Both the position numbers and the translations under genes were made by a program. The notes below the pieces were generated by a model. The model saw nothing but the letters and a program-made list of their open reading frames with translations. It made no database searches and was not told the DNA's origin. Positions 10,964 to 21,070 of a stretch of DNA of 64,000 nucleotides are shown here, in pieces; position 1 is the stretch's first letter; the number at the start of each line of letters is the position of its first letter. Source of the DNA: an uncultured archaeon (GTDB taxonomy: Archaea > Asgardarchaeota > Lokiarchaeia > Sigyniarchaeales > SOKP01); assembly GCA_964493715.1 (NCBI GenBank), contig CAZBPC010000002.1, positions 1 to 64,000 on the forward strand. Reading direction: 5' to 3'.

Positions 10964-12471
10964 TTATCCCTTAACAACTCCTACTGGCACTAAACGTACG
11001 ATCTTTTCAATAATTCCAAGATCGTGGCTAACTTGAACTACTTGATCAATATCTTTATAAGCTCCTGGAGCTTCTTCAGCAACTACTTCATTCGAAGCAG
11101 CTCTTATCGAAATCCCTTGATTTTTAAGGCTATCTGTCAATTGTCGAATATTAGGAAGGTACTTTCGTTTTGCTTTAGATCTAGACATCACTCGACCTGA
11201 ACCGTGTGCTGTTGAACCAAATGAGAGATCCATAGCTTTTGGTCTTCCAACACAAAGATATGAAGCTGAACCCATGGTACCTGGAATCAACGCTGGTTGT
11301 CCAATACTTTTATAATCCTGTGACAATTCTGGATGACCTGGAGGAAAAGCTCGCGTAGCTCCTTTTCTATGTACATTTAATAAGATCTTTTTACCATCCA
11401 CTTCGTGTTCTTCTATTTTAAGGATATTATGAGCAACGCCATATATCAGCGTGAAATCTAATTCCTCAGCACTCTGTTTAAAATGTGATTGAAATGATTC
11501 TCTTAACCAATGAGTAATTAATTGCCTATTATTAAATCCAAAATTCGCAGCACAAGCCATTTGACTTAGATACATATCTGCTTCTGGTGTATTTGCAGGC
11601 ACACAAGCGAGCTCTCTATCGGGAACCTCAATCTTGTATTTTTTCATGGCTTGTTCTATAGCTCTCAACGAATCAGTACATATTTGATGACCTAAAGCTC
11701 TTGAACCTGTATGAACCATCACTGTGACTTGATTTTCTTGAAGAATTCCTAATTTCTTTGCTATATCTCTATTGAAAATTTTATCTACTTTTTGTATTTC
11801 TAAAAAATGGTTTCCACTTCCTAAAGAACCGAGTTGTTTTATACCTCTTTGCTTTGCTTTCTGTGAAACTAATTCTGCATTTGCATTTTTTAAAAAACCA
11901 TTCTCCTCACAGTGTTTTATATCTTCTTTCAAGGCATAGCCATTATCAAGTGCCCAGTTTAATCCATTATTTAGAACATCATCTAAATCTGAGAAATTTA
12001 TGTTTAATTTTCCTTTTGACCCTAATCCTGAAGGAATATTCTTGAATATTGTGTCTAATAAAGTTGGAATTTTTTTTTGAACATCTTTCATCATTAAATT
12101 CGTTCGTAGTAATCTTACACCACAGTTAATATCGTCTTTGGCATAAAAGCCTATGCTCTTATGTATCCAACGCCGCCAGGCGAAATCATACCATCTGTGG
12201 CATCCGTTCCTGCAACTCCTCCAATACAAAAACCGTATCCTTGATGAGCATCAGATAATGCGATTGCATGTTTTTGAATGCCCGGCAAACAAGCAACATT
12301 ACTTATCTGATCAAGAGTTCTATCTTGTTTAATCTTTTCCATGATATATTCATTGGCGTAAATATGTACTGGGACTTTCATTTCAAATTTTTTAATTGTC
12401 CCCTCAACTCGTGCCATCAAAGTTTGCGGTTCGATCTCATAAATATTTTCAGCAATTTTTTTTACATTCAT
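10964..12471 (-). CDS. rtcB: RNA-splicing ligase RtcB, two exons (12471-12165, 12135-10964); 492 aa after splicing
   Basis: Exon 1 has [13 protein letters not shown]...SPGGVGY; exon 2 has [39 protein letters not shown]; removing 29 nt joins them in frame. Confidence 0.93.
12136..12164 (-). other. 29-nt BHB-type intron in rtcB mRNA
   Basis: CG-TTGG-AT^A-CATAAGAG-catagg-CTTTTATG-CCAA-AG^A-CG: 4-bp helix TTGG/CCAA, two 3-nt bulges, 8-bp intron stem; canonical cuts give GGA TAC GAT ATT AAC TGT. Confidence 0.88.
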
Positions 12472-12641
12472 TATCTTCAATAATTCTACATTTATCAAAA
12501 ATTTAATTGAAAATTGAATAAATTCATTATAAAAACTTATTTATAAGGATGTTTAAATTTTTTGATTATTGAAAAAAAATTAAGATTTTAAGTAATAGCT
12601 TAATTATGGCAAGGATTAATGTACTGTGGTAAAAATCTCTT

Positions 12642-14783
12642 TTAAGTATGAATAAATATTCCAGCAGATAATCCAAAATTATTGGAATCTTCTAAACATA
12701 GATTATAGATTTTCAATGGTTCACACTCGATGATTTCAATACTAATAATTTTATGATTAATCACTTTATGACTTCTGGTCAGATGCCCTGATAATCCTCT
12801 CTGTGAGCCAAAAATTTTGTCACAAAGAGGACAAGGGAAGCAACCAACTTCTCGTACCTTATGGTCTGGGTTTTCAGGACAGTATCTTATATGAGTACTT
12901 AATCCTCCATTTCCCTTGAATAATTCATTACAAAAAGGACATGATATTAATTCATTGTGAACCTCAGCATAGTGTTTTTTTAATTCACTTGCCCCAATTA
13001 TCATTTTTCCACATTTATGACAAACCATCTTTCCATTTTTTGCCTTTTCTGATTGATTCTTCCGTCCTTTTTCACTCCTTACATATGCTTTTGAAGCTTT
13101 TTGAAATTTGTTCTGCAATTCTAACCAATGAGGTGGATGAGTGTTTTTATAATGCTCAATCATTTCCGCTCTGCCATAAACCAATTGACCACATATCTTA
13201 CATATCATTTTGCCTTGTTTTCCTATTTCGGAGGACTTTTTCCGCCCCTTTTCACTTTTATTATATTTTACCAAATACTCTTTACCCCTTTTCCCAGCAG
13301 CCCTCGTCATATCATAAAAGGCTTCTGATTTTATATAATCACTTATATTTTTCGATGCTCTTTTTGAGTGTCTTTTTTGAAATTGCGGATCTCGATGTAA
13401 CTTTCTTATATTCTCTGAAGCCATTTCAGAATAGAAATCTGGATATAATTTATGTGCTCTCCCCCATCCAATTTCCCCTTTTACTGCTCTTTCACTGGCG
13501 AATTTACTATGGATTTCAAAATGCTCTTTAAAAAATGTTCTCCTGATATTAGAGGGATTATTATTATATTTATCGAAATCGATATGATGCCTTATTTTCC
13601 CCATATCTTTTGTATAAACATTATCCCTAATATTGTAATCATCAGCTAAATTATGTATATAATCATACGTTCCTGTTCTCGGATTATAGACAACCAGATA
13701 ATCTTCTAATTTTAATCGCTTATCTTTATAAGATCTGTTAGCTACGGATATATCTTTAGCATAATAAATTTTTAAAGGCATTAATGAATCTTCATTATGC
13801 AAATGAACAACTTCAATTAATTTATTATTCCTGTTTATAAAAGCACAATTATAATCACAATATATTATGGTAGAATCATCCAAGGTAATTTTTATTAATT
13901 TTGATACATCTCTAATTCTTTTTATTTTTTCTATTTTTGAAATAACAATATTAGAGTATCGATCTAATGAAAAACAATACAATTCATTCCCTAAATTACA
14001 TTCTTCCATTAATTTTAAGAGAGTTAAATCACGTCCATCAGCTAGGTGAATTTTACTACTTCCTATTATACCCCCTTTTCTAAAATTCCTCTTTTCCTGT
14101 ATATTATTAATGGTGCTGGACATTTTTGATTGAATTTTGTTAAAATCATAAGTATTTAAATCCCTAAATATCATTGCTTCAAATTTATCAATCAATCCCT
14201 TATTCCATAATTCAGAAACTAATATGAATACTTGTTTTACTAACCATCTTAGGTATATTATGAATCTCTGGCGAAAGATTGGGTACAATTTTACCTTATT
14301 GTGTATTTTTGTTAAATTAGAATAAAAATCTGCCAGGGTTATCTCATTTAATTTATCCAAAAAATCTTCTTCAACATCATTATGTAAAATAGGCATTAGA
14401 GCCCCCGATAATAAATTAAGCAATTTCACATCAAGCTCTACATTATCGAATTTCTTATCTAAAGTTTTTTCAAGATACCTAATATTGAAATAGATCATAC
14501 GGGCAAGAACAAGTGTTAAATTGTCGATGAATCCAATCTGAATATCATGATCTTCGGCAATAATCTCAACAGGGTGTTCAATAGAATTGAGAGTAGTTTC
14601 GGAATTATTTTCTTCTGTATTATCCAAATTAGTGAGATTGATTTTATCCAACTTGCTTCCACAACGCTCGCAAAAATGTATCTTATCCTCATAGCCAGAT
14701 ATTTCTCTTATCTGATTATTTAAAATGCGCCATTCACAATTAGGGCAACTATAATAGTAAAGTCGACTATTGTCTACTACCAT
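12642..14783 (-). CDS. Zn-ribbon protein fused to a C-terminal degenerate intein (Hint) containing an HNH endonuclease and C2H2-type zinc fingers
   Basis: N-terminal CPNC..CERC; intein-like GIIGSSKIHLADGR ... NHKIISIE...NNFGLSAGIFIHT*; HHIDFDKYNNNPSNI HNH; four CxxC-x12-H-x3/4-H/C fingers. Confidence 0.8.
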   Translation of the reverse strand: MVVDNSRLYYYSCPNCEWRILNNQIREISGYEDKIHFCERCGSKLDKINLTNLDNTEENNSETTLNSIEHPVEIIAEDHDIQIGFIDNLTLVLARMIYFNIRYLEKTLDKKFDNVELDVKLLNLLSGALMPILHNDVEEDFLDKLNEITLADFYSNLTKIHNKVKLYPIFRQRFIIYLRWLVKQVFILVSELWNKGLIDKFEAMIFRDLNTYDFNKIQSKMSSTINNIQEKRNFRKGGIIGSSKIHLADGRDLTLLKLMEECNLGNELYCFSLDRYSNIVISKIEKIKRIRDVSKLIKITLDDSTIIYCDYNCAFINRNNKLIEVVHLHNEDSLMPLKIYYAKDISVANRSYKDKRLKLEDYLVVYNPRTGTYDYIHNLADDYNIRDNVYTKDMGKIRHHIDFDKYNNNPSNIRRTFFKEHFEIHSKFASERAVKGEIGWGRAHKLYPDFYSEMASENIRKLHRDPQFQKRHSKRASKNISDYIKSEAFYDMTRAAGKRGKEYLVKYNKSEKGRKKSSEIGKQGKMICKICGQLVYGRAEMIEHYKNTHPPHWLELQNKFQKASKAYVRSEKGRKNQSEKAKNGKMVCHKCGKMIIGASELKKHYAEVHNELISCPFCNELFKGNGGLSTHIRYCPENPDHKVREVGCFPCPLCDKIFGSQRGLSGHLTRSHKVINHKIISIEIIECEPLKIYNLCLEDSNNFGLSAGIFIHT

Positions 14784-14963
14784 TAAAAATCATTTATTTT
14801 TTTATGCAAATTTGTAGTATTATTTCACCCTCTCTTTAAAAAGGAAAATTTTTTATTCATAAAATAAATTTTTTGTTTATTAAATTGAAGAATCTCAATT
14901 TATAACAAGGTATTAAATATCATCCTTAAATCACGTTAAAAAAAGAAAAATCAAAAATAACAA

Positions 14964-15698
14964 TCATTTAATATCAATAAATTTCAGTAAACCCAAATCA
15001 TCCAAGTCATCAATAATAACCTCAATCTCAGCTTGAGGAATGCCAGCTTCCTCTGCTATATCTGAAATTGTATGAAATCCATCAGCTAAATGCGCAATCT
15101 TGTAAGCATTCTTATCCAAAAAACCCTGCGTGATAACTTGCCTAGGTAATCTCTTTGAAGTCCATTCAGGTTTCTGATGTTGTACTGTACGTAAATCTTC
15201 TTCCGAAACAACTAACCCTTTCTTAGAAATTTCTTTGCTTTTTTTTAAAAAATCTTTTTCATATATTTTCAAAATTGGAATTTTGAGGGGTACTTCTGCA
15301 ACCTTACCATTTTGTAAGATATTGTCGATGATTGCTTCAAAATCTCTAAACATTCGAACATCTCCTGACCAATTCACAAGTTTATCACCAAATTCTTCTA
15401 CGAATCTCTCGATTATGTCACTCAAGCATTTATGTGTGATTTTTGCATCATCATTCTTATCTGCGGCTGCCGTACAGAGAATTCCAGCTTTAAAAACTAA
15501 TAACAAGTAAAAAACCTGCATATCTATGATTTTTAATTCACCTGATCCCTTCGAGAATTCGACGCTAAAATCTTTAAGGGCAGTTAAAAAACCCGAAACC
15601 AAATCTTGGTTAAATTCTATATTTCCATAACTTCGATGGACAAGACATATTCCCGAATATTGGTGTATCAGATATAGGTTATGAAGAACTTTAGGCAC
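14964..15698 (-). CDS. Longin-like domain plus C-terminal winged-helix protein
   Basis: LYLIHQYSGICLV...DLVSGFLTALKDFSVE...F...W.GD pattern typical of Asgard longin-like proteins; C-terminal HTH. Confidence 0.65.
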   Translation of the reverse strand: MPKVLHNLYLIHQYSGICLVHRSYGNIEFNQDLVSGFLTALKDFSVEFSKGSGELKIIDMQVFYLLLVFKAGILCTAAADKNDDAKITHKCLSDIIERFVEEFGDKLVNWSGDVRMFRDFEAIIDNILQNGKVAEVPLKIPILKIYEKDFLKKSKEISKKGLVVSEEDLRTVQHQKPEWTSKRLPRQVITQGFLDKNAYKIAHLADGFHTISDIAEEAGIPQAEIEVIIDDLDDLGLLKFIDIK

Positions 15699-15963
15699 CT
15701 CCTAATTCAAATATTGCGCTCTTATTACAGAAGCAAGACTTCAATTAATTGTTTTAATATTAATAATATTACCAATATTTATAATTTCTGAATTAAAAAA
15801 TTTGCTGAATATAATATTATTTCCATTTTAAATTAGCGTTGTTGAATTATTAATTTTTTCCCTTCAGCTTCTTTTATTCTGTAGGGTGATAAATTTAAGA
15901 TATTATCAATTCATTTTTCTAAAACGTATGAATATTAATTTCTAAAATATTGTTTAATACTCT

Positions 15964-16131
15964 TCATAGAGGATATGCAAAATCGACACATAATTCTTTA
16001 CACATTATTATCAAAGCACCAAACTCTGTAATCCCTTCAATCACTCTCTTCTTTCCCAATACATACTCTTTAATTTCATTTCTGGTTAATCCAGTTTCTT
16101 CAATTATTGCCCTCAAGATTCTTTCATTCAA
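15964..16131 (-). CDS. 55-aa helical protein resembling the N-terminal domain of archaeal RPA/OB-fold proteins (not in ORF track)
   Basis: TTG start after AGGTG SD-like sequence; MNERILRAIIEETGLTRNEIKEYVLGKKRVIEGITEFGALIIMCKELCVDFAYPL. Confidence 0.6.
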   Translation of the reverse strand: MNERILRAIIEETGLTRNEIKEYVLGKKRVIEGITEFGALIIMCKELCVDFAYPL

Positions 16132-16225
16132 TTAATCTCAACACCTGCTGCTTAAACTTTGAATTCGGATTGAATTAATATCCAGAATTAATTATTTAAA
16201 CTCCGATTAAATTTTAAAGTCTAAA

Positions 16226-16960
16226 TTAAAATTTGAACCATCTACTATCATTTTTTAACGTTTCATATTCATTTAGATCTCCAAAATCTCCATAGAAGTG
16301 ATCTTTACTCATTTTGAATACTCGAACTTGCCAGTTAAGATACTTGATTCCAAATCTTATAGTTTCAGGAATTTCAATTTCACCCCTAGCAGATGGTTTT
16401 TGTTTCTTTAATATATTAAATATCTTTTTTGAAAGTATAAATATCCCCGCATTGTTTAGATTCGTTGAAGATGTTCCTTTAGGTGGTTTTTCAATAATTT
16501 CTGAACAATATTGATTATTTAAGTATATAGCGGCACCCTTATAGGGATCATCAACTAAATTCCCCACTAAAATGAAATCTGGGTTTTCTTTTCTATAAAT
16601 TTCGATTATTTCTTTATAAACTTCATATGAAACAAGCGTATCTCCCCATGTTAAGAAAAAGACAGAGTTATCAATAAACTTTTCACATAAAAGGACAGCT
16701 TCACCTGTTCCATTTAACTCCTTCTGTTCTATATAGGATATCTTTATTCCCCAATTACGACCATCTTGAAAATAATCGATAATTTGCTCTTTACGATATC
16801 CAACAACTAGTATGAAATCAAGAATTCCCGCTCTTTTTATACCTTCAATAATGAATTCTAATACTGGTTTACCCCTAAATGGTATCATTGTCTTTTGATA
16901 ATCATCCGTATAGGGTTTCATACGCTTTCCAAAACCAGCACAAAGTATAATTGCCTTCAA
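16226..16960 (-). CDS. Sugar-phosphate nucleotidyltransferase
   Basis: KAIILCAGFGKRMKP, EQKELNGTG, IIEKP, RGEIE. Confidence 0.9.
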   Translation of the reverse strand: MKAIILCAGFGKRMKPYTDDYQKTMIPFRGKPVLEFIIEGIKRAGILDFILVVGYRKEQIIDYFQDGRNWGIKISYIEQKELNGTGEAVLLCEKFIDNSVFFLTWGDTLVSYEVYKEIIEIYRKENPDFILVGNLVDDPYKGAAIYLNNQYCSEIIEKPPKGTSSTNLNNAGIFILSKKIFNILKKQKPSARGEIEIPETIRFGIKYLNWQVRVFKMSKDHFYGDFGDLNEYETLKNDSRWFKF

Positions 16961-16973
16961 AAATCATTCCCCT

Positions 16974-17921
16974 TTATGTATAATTAAATAACTTGAATAT
17001 CCAAGCTTTTCCACCAGCATCTCTTATAGATTTTGCAACTTCTTCTTGTTTTCCCGGACATAGTGCGATCATACACCCTCCTCCTCCCGCACCCATTTGT
17101 TTCGCTCCTAATGCTCCCGCTTTCCTTGAAACCTGACATAATTCTTTAATTTTTTGAGTATCTGCTTTCAAGATGGCTTCTTGGTCTTGTTGAGTATTCA
17201 TTAATAACCCTAATTTTTGAAAATCCCCTCTTAGCAATGCTTCTTTTCCTTCATTTACACATTTTTCAATGATATTAAACGCTTTTATTGTTCCGGGTTC
17301 TTCCTTTTTAATTTGAATTTTTATCCTATTTAAAATAGAACTAGCCTTTCTTTCTTCAAGGGAATCGCCTATCACCATTGGTAATTCTTTAATATCTATT
17401 CTCTCAACTGTTGTATTAGCATCCGTATGAATAAAACTTACTCCTCCATGAGCTATGCTATATTGATCCATTCTACCACATTGGATACCTAATTCGTGAT
17501 TTTCTCCCCAGAAAGCAATTTCAGCAATATCATTATTTCGTAATCCCAAACTATATGCTCTATTCATTACCTTAAGGAACCCTACTGATATAGCTGCTGA
17601 TGTTGATAACCCACGACCTATAGGAATATTAGAATTTACTTCCAAATAAAATCCCGTATTAATCTTTTCATTCAATCGTTCATATAAAACACTCCAATAA
17701 GAAAGATCTTTATTTCGGGGAGGAGTATCTCCTAATTGAAATTCTATTTTTTCTTTAGTATTGTGACTATAAAATGTAATTGATGAGTTATCACATTTTA
17801 TAAAATTGAAATTCATCATTAAATCGATTGTTGCTGCGATCACGGGTTTCTCCATTAAATCAACTTTATCCCCTAAAATACAAATGCGACCAGGTATTGA
17901 AATAGAGAATTTATCCGACAT
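16974..17921 (-). CDS. GHMP kinase (mevalonate/galactokinase-like)
   Basis: PGRICILGD, PIGRGLSTSAA, GAKQMGAGGGG; likely start is the ATG at 17921. Confidence 0.85.
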   Translation of the reverse strand: MSDKFSISIPGRICILGDKVDLMEKPVIAATIDLMMNFNFIKCDNSSITFYSHNTKEKIEFQLGDTPPRNKDLSYWSVLYERLNEKINTGFYLEVNSNIPIGRGLSTSAAISVGFLKVMNRAYSLGLRNNDIAEIAFWGENHELGIQCGRMDQYSIAHGGVSFIHTDANTTVERIDIKELPMVIGDSLEERKASSILNRIKIQIKKEEPGTIKAFNIIEKCVNEGKEALLRGDFQKLGLLMNTQQDQEAILKADTQKIKELCQVSRKAGALGAKQMGAGGGGCMIALCPGKQEEVAKSIRDAGGKAWIFKLFNYT

Positions 17922-18062
17922 TTTATTGTTCAAAACGCAAGATTGCTTTTTAATTGAGATGCTAAATCTTAGGAGTAGATAAATTTTATTTAGAGAAAAA
18001 AGTTTGTATTTAAACATTCATTATCAATGATAAATCAATAAATTTGCCATTGGTGCAAAAAT

Positions 18063-18389
18063 ATGAAATATTGTATTTTTTTTGTTACTGTCTCGAATAT
18101 CGAAGAAGGGAATAATATCTCAAGAATTTTAGTTGAAGAAAGGCTAGCAGCTTGTGTGAGTGTTGTACCAAATATTATTTCCACTTATTGGTGGAAAAAT
18201 AACATTGAAGTTGAGAAAGAAAATTTACTGATTATAAAAACTATTAAAAGTAAAAGTGATTTAATAATTCAAAAGATCCGCGAGATACATAGTTATGAAA
18301 ATCCCGAATGTATCAGAATACCTATAACAAAAGGCTCGGAAAAATATTTAAATTGGATTACCAATGTCGTAATTGATAAAAAGGAGTAA
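18063..18389 (+). CDS. cutA: Divalent cation tolerance protein CutA
   Basis: LVEERLAACV, STYWWK, HSYENPE. Confidence 0.92.
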   Translation: MKYCIFFVTVSNIEEGNNISRILVEERLAACVSVVPNIISTYWWKNNIEVEKENLLIIKTIKSKSDLIIQKIREIHSYENPECIRIPITKGSEKYLNWITNVVIDKKE

Positions 18390-18394
18390 TTTTA

Positions 18395-19195
18395 ATGAGT
18401 TTTGATATTTTTCGAGTCAATTGGATACTAGTTAGCTCAATCGTTATAATTCTTTTAATAATATTTTTAATATGTGTCAAGATTTATAAGATATTAACTC
18501 GTTGGAGGTATGCATTCGTTAATGAAGATATCTCTTTGTCATCTTATATTTCAATAGAGAAAGAAAATGAGTCTAATATTAAAACTTGTCAGTGGAACTA
18601 TGCTATAAATAATAAACTCATAGATAAAAACGATCCTATAATAATCATCCTTCGGACAAAAAAGAGGATTAATTTATTAAGAGTCATAACTGAAGGACTC
18701 AGCAGTTATGGATTAAGAGTGATAAATATATTATTTTCAATTAATAAAAAACCCTCACAAGAATTATATACAAATAATATCAACCTTGAGATGAAATCTA
18801 TAATTAGTTCGATAATGGAAATTATATCAGGATCTTTAAACAATAATAAATACATTTTATTATCTTATAATGATAAAAATATAGATCCCATTTACATCAC
18901 AGATGAAAATGATTACCAGGGTCATATAATCATAAATTCTAAGTCAAACATTGAAGAAAACCAGGAAAATTTGATAAGAAAGATAGGAATTAACTCCGTA
19001 AGGAATATCTATTTCATATACAGCGAATATAACATATTAAGGTTTAAAAAAAAAATCGTTAAGAAAAGTTATGGGACCCAAACCTCAACTAATTCAATAA
19101 TTGTTAGTAATGCTAGTCGAAATTTTAAATATTTTGAAACTATTTTATTTGGGATAATTCTAACTCTTATTACTAAAATCAAAACCCACGAATGA
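18395..19195 (+). CDS. Hypothetical membrane-anchored protein
   Basis: 266-aa ORF with N-terminal TM helix, in operon context. Confidence 0.6.
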   Translation: MSFDIFRVNWILVSSIVIILLIIFLICVKIYKILTRWRYAFVNEDISLSSYISIEKENESNIKTCQWNYAINNKLIDKNDPIIIILRTKKRINLLRVITEGLSSYGLRVINILFSINKKPSQELYTNNINLEMKSIISSIMEIISGSLNNNKYILLSYNDKNIDPIYITDENDYQGHIIINSKSNIEENQENLIRKIGINSVRNIYFIYSEYNILRFKKKIVKKSYGTQTSTNSIIVSNASRNFKYFETILFGIILTLITKIKTHE

Positions 19196-19196
19196 G

Positions 19197-19904
19197 TTGA
19201 CAATGGATAATATATTAAGAAATTATAATAGAATCATCAAATATAAAAAAAGTAATTGGGAGCTTCTGAATAACAAAAGACTACAAGCTTTAAAATTACT
19301 AAATATTTTTGTTGAAGAAGGTTTTAATCCATACATTTATGGAAGTTTAGCTCGTGGAGATGTAAATATTGATAGTGATATTGATATTGTATTTCTACAA
19401 AGGATATCATCATTTCTAATTGAGCATATTTTATTTAAAAAAGGTTATGATAATTATTTTAGAGAAATAGTGATGGCCACTCCAAGAGATACAATAAAAT
19501 TATATATTTATTTAAGTGAATTAGAAAGCATCACAATCCCAATATCCCCTTTCGATAAAAAAAACTTAGAATTTTATTCATTTGGAGGAAAAATCAATCA
19601 AGTTCAATTAAAAAATAAAATTCGAGTCCCTGGAATAGATAAACGGTTAGTGCTTATTAACCCTACAAATGATGGTCATGAAGAATCCTCTGTTATAGGG
19701 AATGAGCATAACGTCGCTAAACAGATTAACGTAGATATTGAAACTGTTATAGAAAGAAGGAACGTACTTTTAAGGCGAGAACAATATGGGCGTACAGGGG
19801 TCTTCATAAAAAGATCTTTAAAACCAGATGAATCTACAGAAGATGTTCTAAAAATACTTGCTAGAAAAAAAACAATTATTAGAAATAAAATGCGGGAAAT
19901 ATGA
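19197..19904 (+). CDS. Archaeal Pol-beta-like nucleotidyltransferase
   Basis: YGSLARGDVNIDSDIDI, RVPGIDKRL, GRTGVF. Confidence 0.85.
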   Translation: MTMDNILRNYNRIIKYKKSNWELLNNKRLQALKLLNIFVEEGFNPYIYGSLARGDVNIDSDIDIVFLQRISSFLIEHILFKKGYDNYFREIVMATPRDTIKLYIYLSELESITIPISPFDKKNLEFYSFGGKINQVQLKNKIRVPGIDKRLVLINPTNDGHEESSVIGNEHNVAKQINVDIETVIERRNVLLRREQYGRTGVFIKRSLKPDESTEDVLKILARKKTIIRNKMREI

Positions 19905-21070
19905 GAAAAAAAAGAATTGTTGATTCAGGAAAAAATAACTTACTAATTAAAGGAAGAGGGATCCCAAAGGGATGTCAAATATGTTTGAAAGGAGCAAAAA
20001 CAGTCTTATTTCTAAATGGATTGTGCCAGAATCCAGATCATTGTTACTGGTATTGCCCCATTTCTGAAGAAAGAAAGAATAAATCTTTAATGTTTGCTAA
20101 TGAGATCCAAATTACGACGAAAGAAGAAATTCTTGATGAAATTTATAATACGGATGCCTTAGGTATGAGCATCACGGGAGGAGATCCCCTTTTTCCACCA
20201 AATATTGAATCTACACTTGAAATAATTAGATTTATCAAATTAAAAATGGGTAAAAAATTCCATATACACCTTTATTCGAATGGTATTAATTTTGATGAGA
20301 ATTTGGCAGTAAATCTTGCGAATGCCGGCCTAGATGAAATCAGATTTAATCCCTCTCGGAATAATTGGAATGTTATCCGTTTAGCACTTAAAAAAGGAAT
20401 GAAGGTTGGTGCTGAAGTGCCATTAATCCCTCAAGATAAGTATTTAAATGATATAGAACATCTTATCTTATTTTTAGATAAAATTGGGGCTGATTTTATC
20501 AATTTAAATGAATTCGAATATAGTGAATCTAATTGTATTCATTTAAAAAATAGAGGTTTTGAATTAAAAAAGGAGACTATAGCTTCGGTTAAGAATAGTA
20601 AAGAAATGGCTTATGAACTAATAAAGCGTATTTCTCCTAAAGTATCAATTAAAATTCATTTTTGCACAAGTATTACAAAAGATTATTGGCAATTAAGCAA
20701 ACGATATTATCGACGAGCAAAAAAAATACAAAAATCATATGAATCAATTTCTCTTGAAGGTTTATTGATTTACAGTCAAATCGAAGGACCTTTAGACGAT
20801 TTAAATGAATTGAAAGAAGAATTACTAAAAATGACGAATTTAAAACCGAAATATTTTGAAATTGATAATTCAGTTTTAAAATTACCCGTTAATACTGCAC
20901 TGAATGATGAAATAATTCAATTAGTTAATAGTAAAGGATTAAAATGTTATATTCAAGAAATCACTCCATTCAGAGAAGAAAAATATAAACAAATAACAGA
21001 AAAAACACCAATTAACGTATTCCGGGAGGAATTAGGATTAAATGAGGATAGAAAAAGTCAAGATCAATGA
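19901..21070 (+). CDS. Radical SAM protein (conserved archaeal family)
   Basis: GCQICLKGAK, C..PDHCYWYCP, SITGGDP, LDEIRF, NLNEFE. Confidence 0.85.
   Translation: MRKKRIVDSGKNNLLIKGRGIPKGCQICLKGAKTVLFLNGLCQNPDHCYWYCPISEERKNKSLMFANEIQITTKEEILDEIYNTDALGMSITGGDPLFPPNIESTLEIIRFIKLKMGKKFHIHLYSNGINFDENLAVNLANAGLDEIRFNPSRNNWNVIRLALKKGMKVGAEVPLIPQDKYLNDIEHLILFLDKIGADFINLNEFEYSESNCIHLKNRGFELKKETIASVKNSKEMAYELIKRISPKVSIKIHFCTSITKDYWQLSKRYYRRAKKIQKSYESISLEGLLIYSQIEGPLDDLNELKEELLKMTNLKPKYFEIDNSVLKLPVNTALNDEIIQLVNSKGLKCYIQEITPFREEKYKQITEKTPINVFREELGLNEDRKSQDQ

Noticed and set aside
12136-12229. Treating rtcB as a pseudogene or programmed frameshift, or accepting the ORF-track N-terminus MYWRSCRNG...
   Set aside because: That N-terminus is an out-of-frame reading of exon 1. 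A simple frameshift would leave ~10 extra residues in the active site, whereas BHB excision restores the motif exactly and both exons are otherwise intact.
12380-12430. Extra residues ([12 protein letters not shown]) near the RtcB N-terminus as a second, in-frame intron
   Set aside because: No stop, no clear BHB, and the position is a variable region
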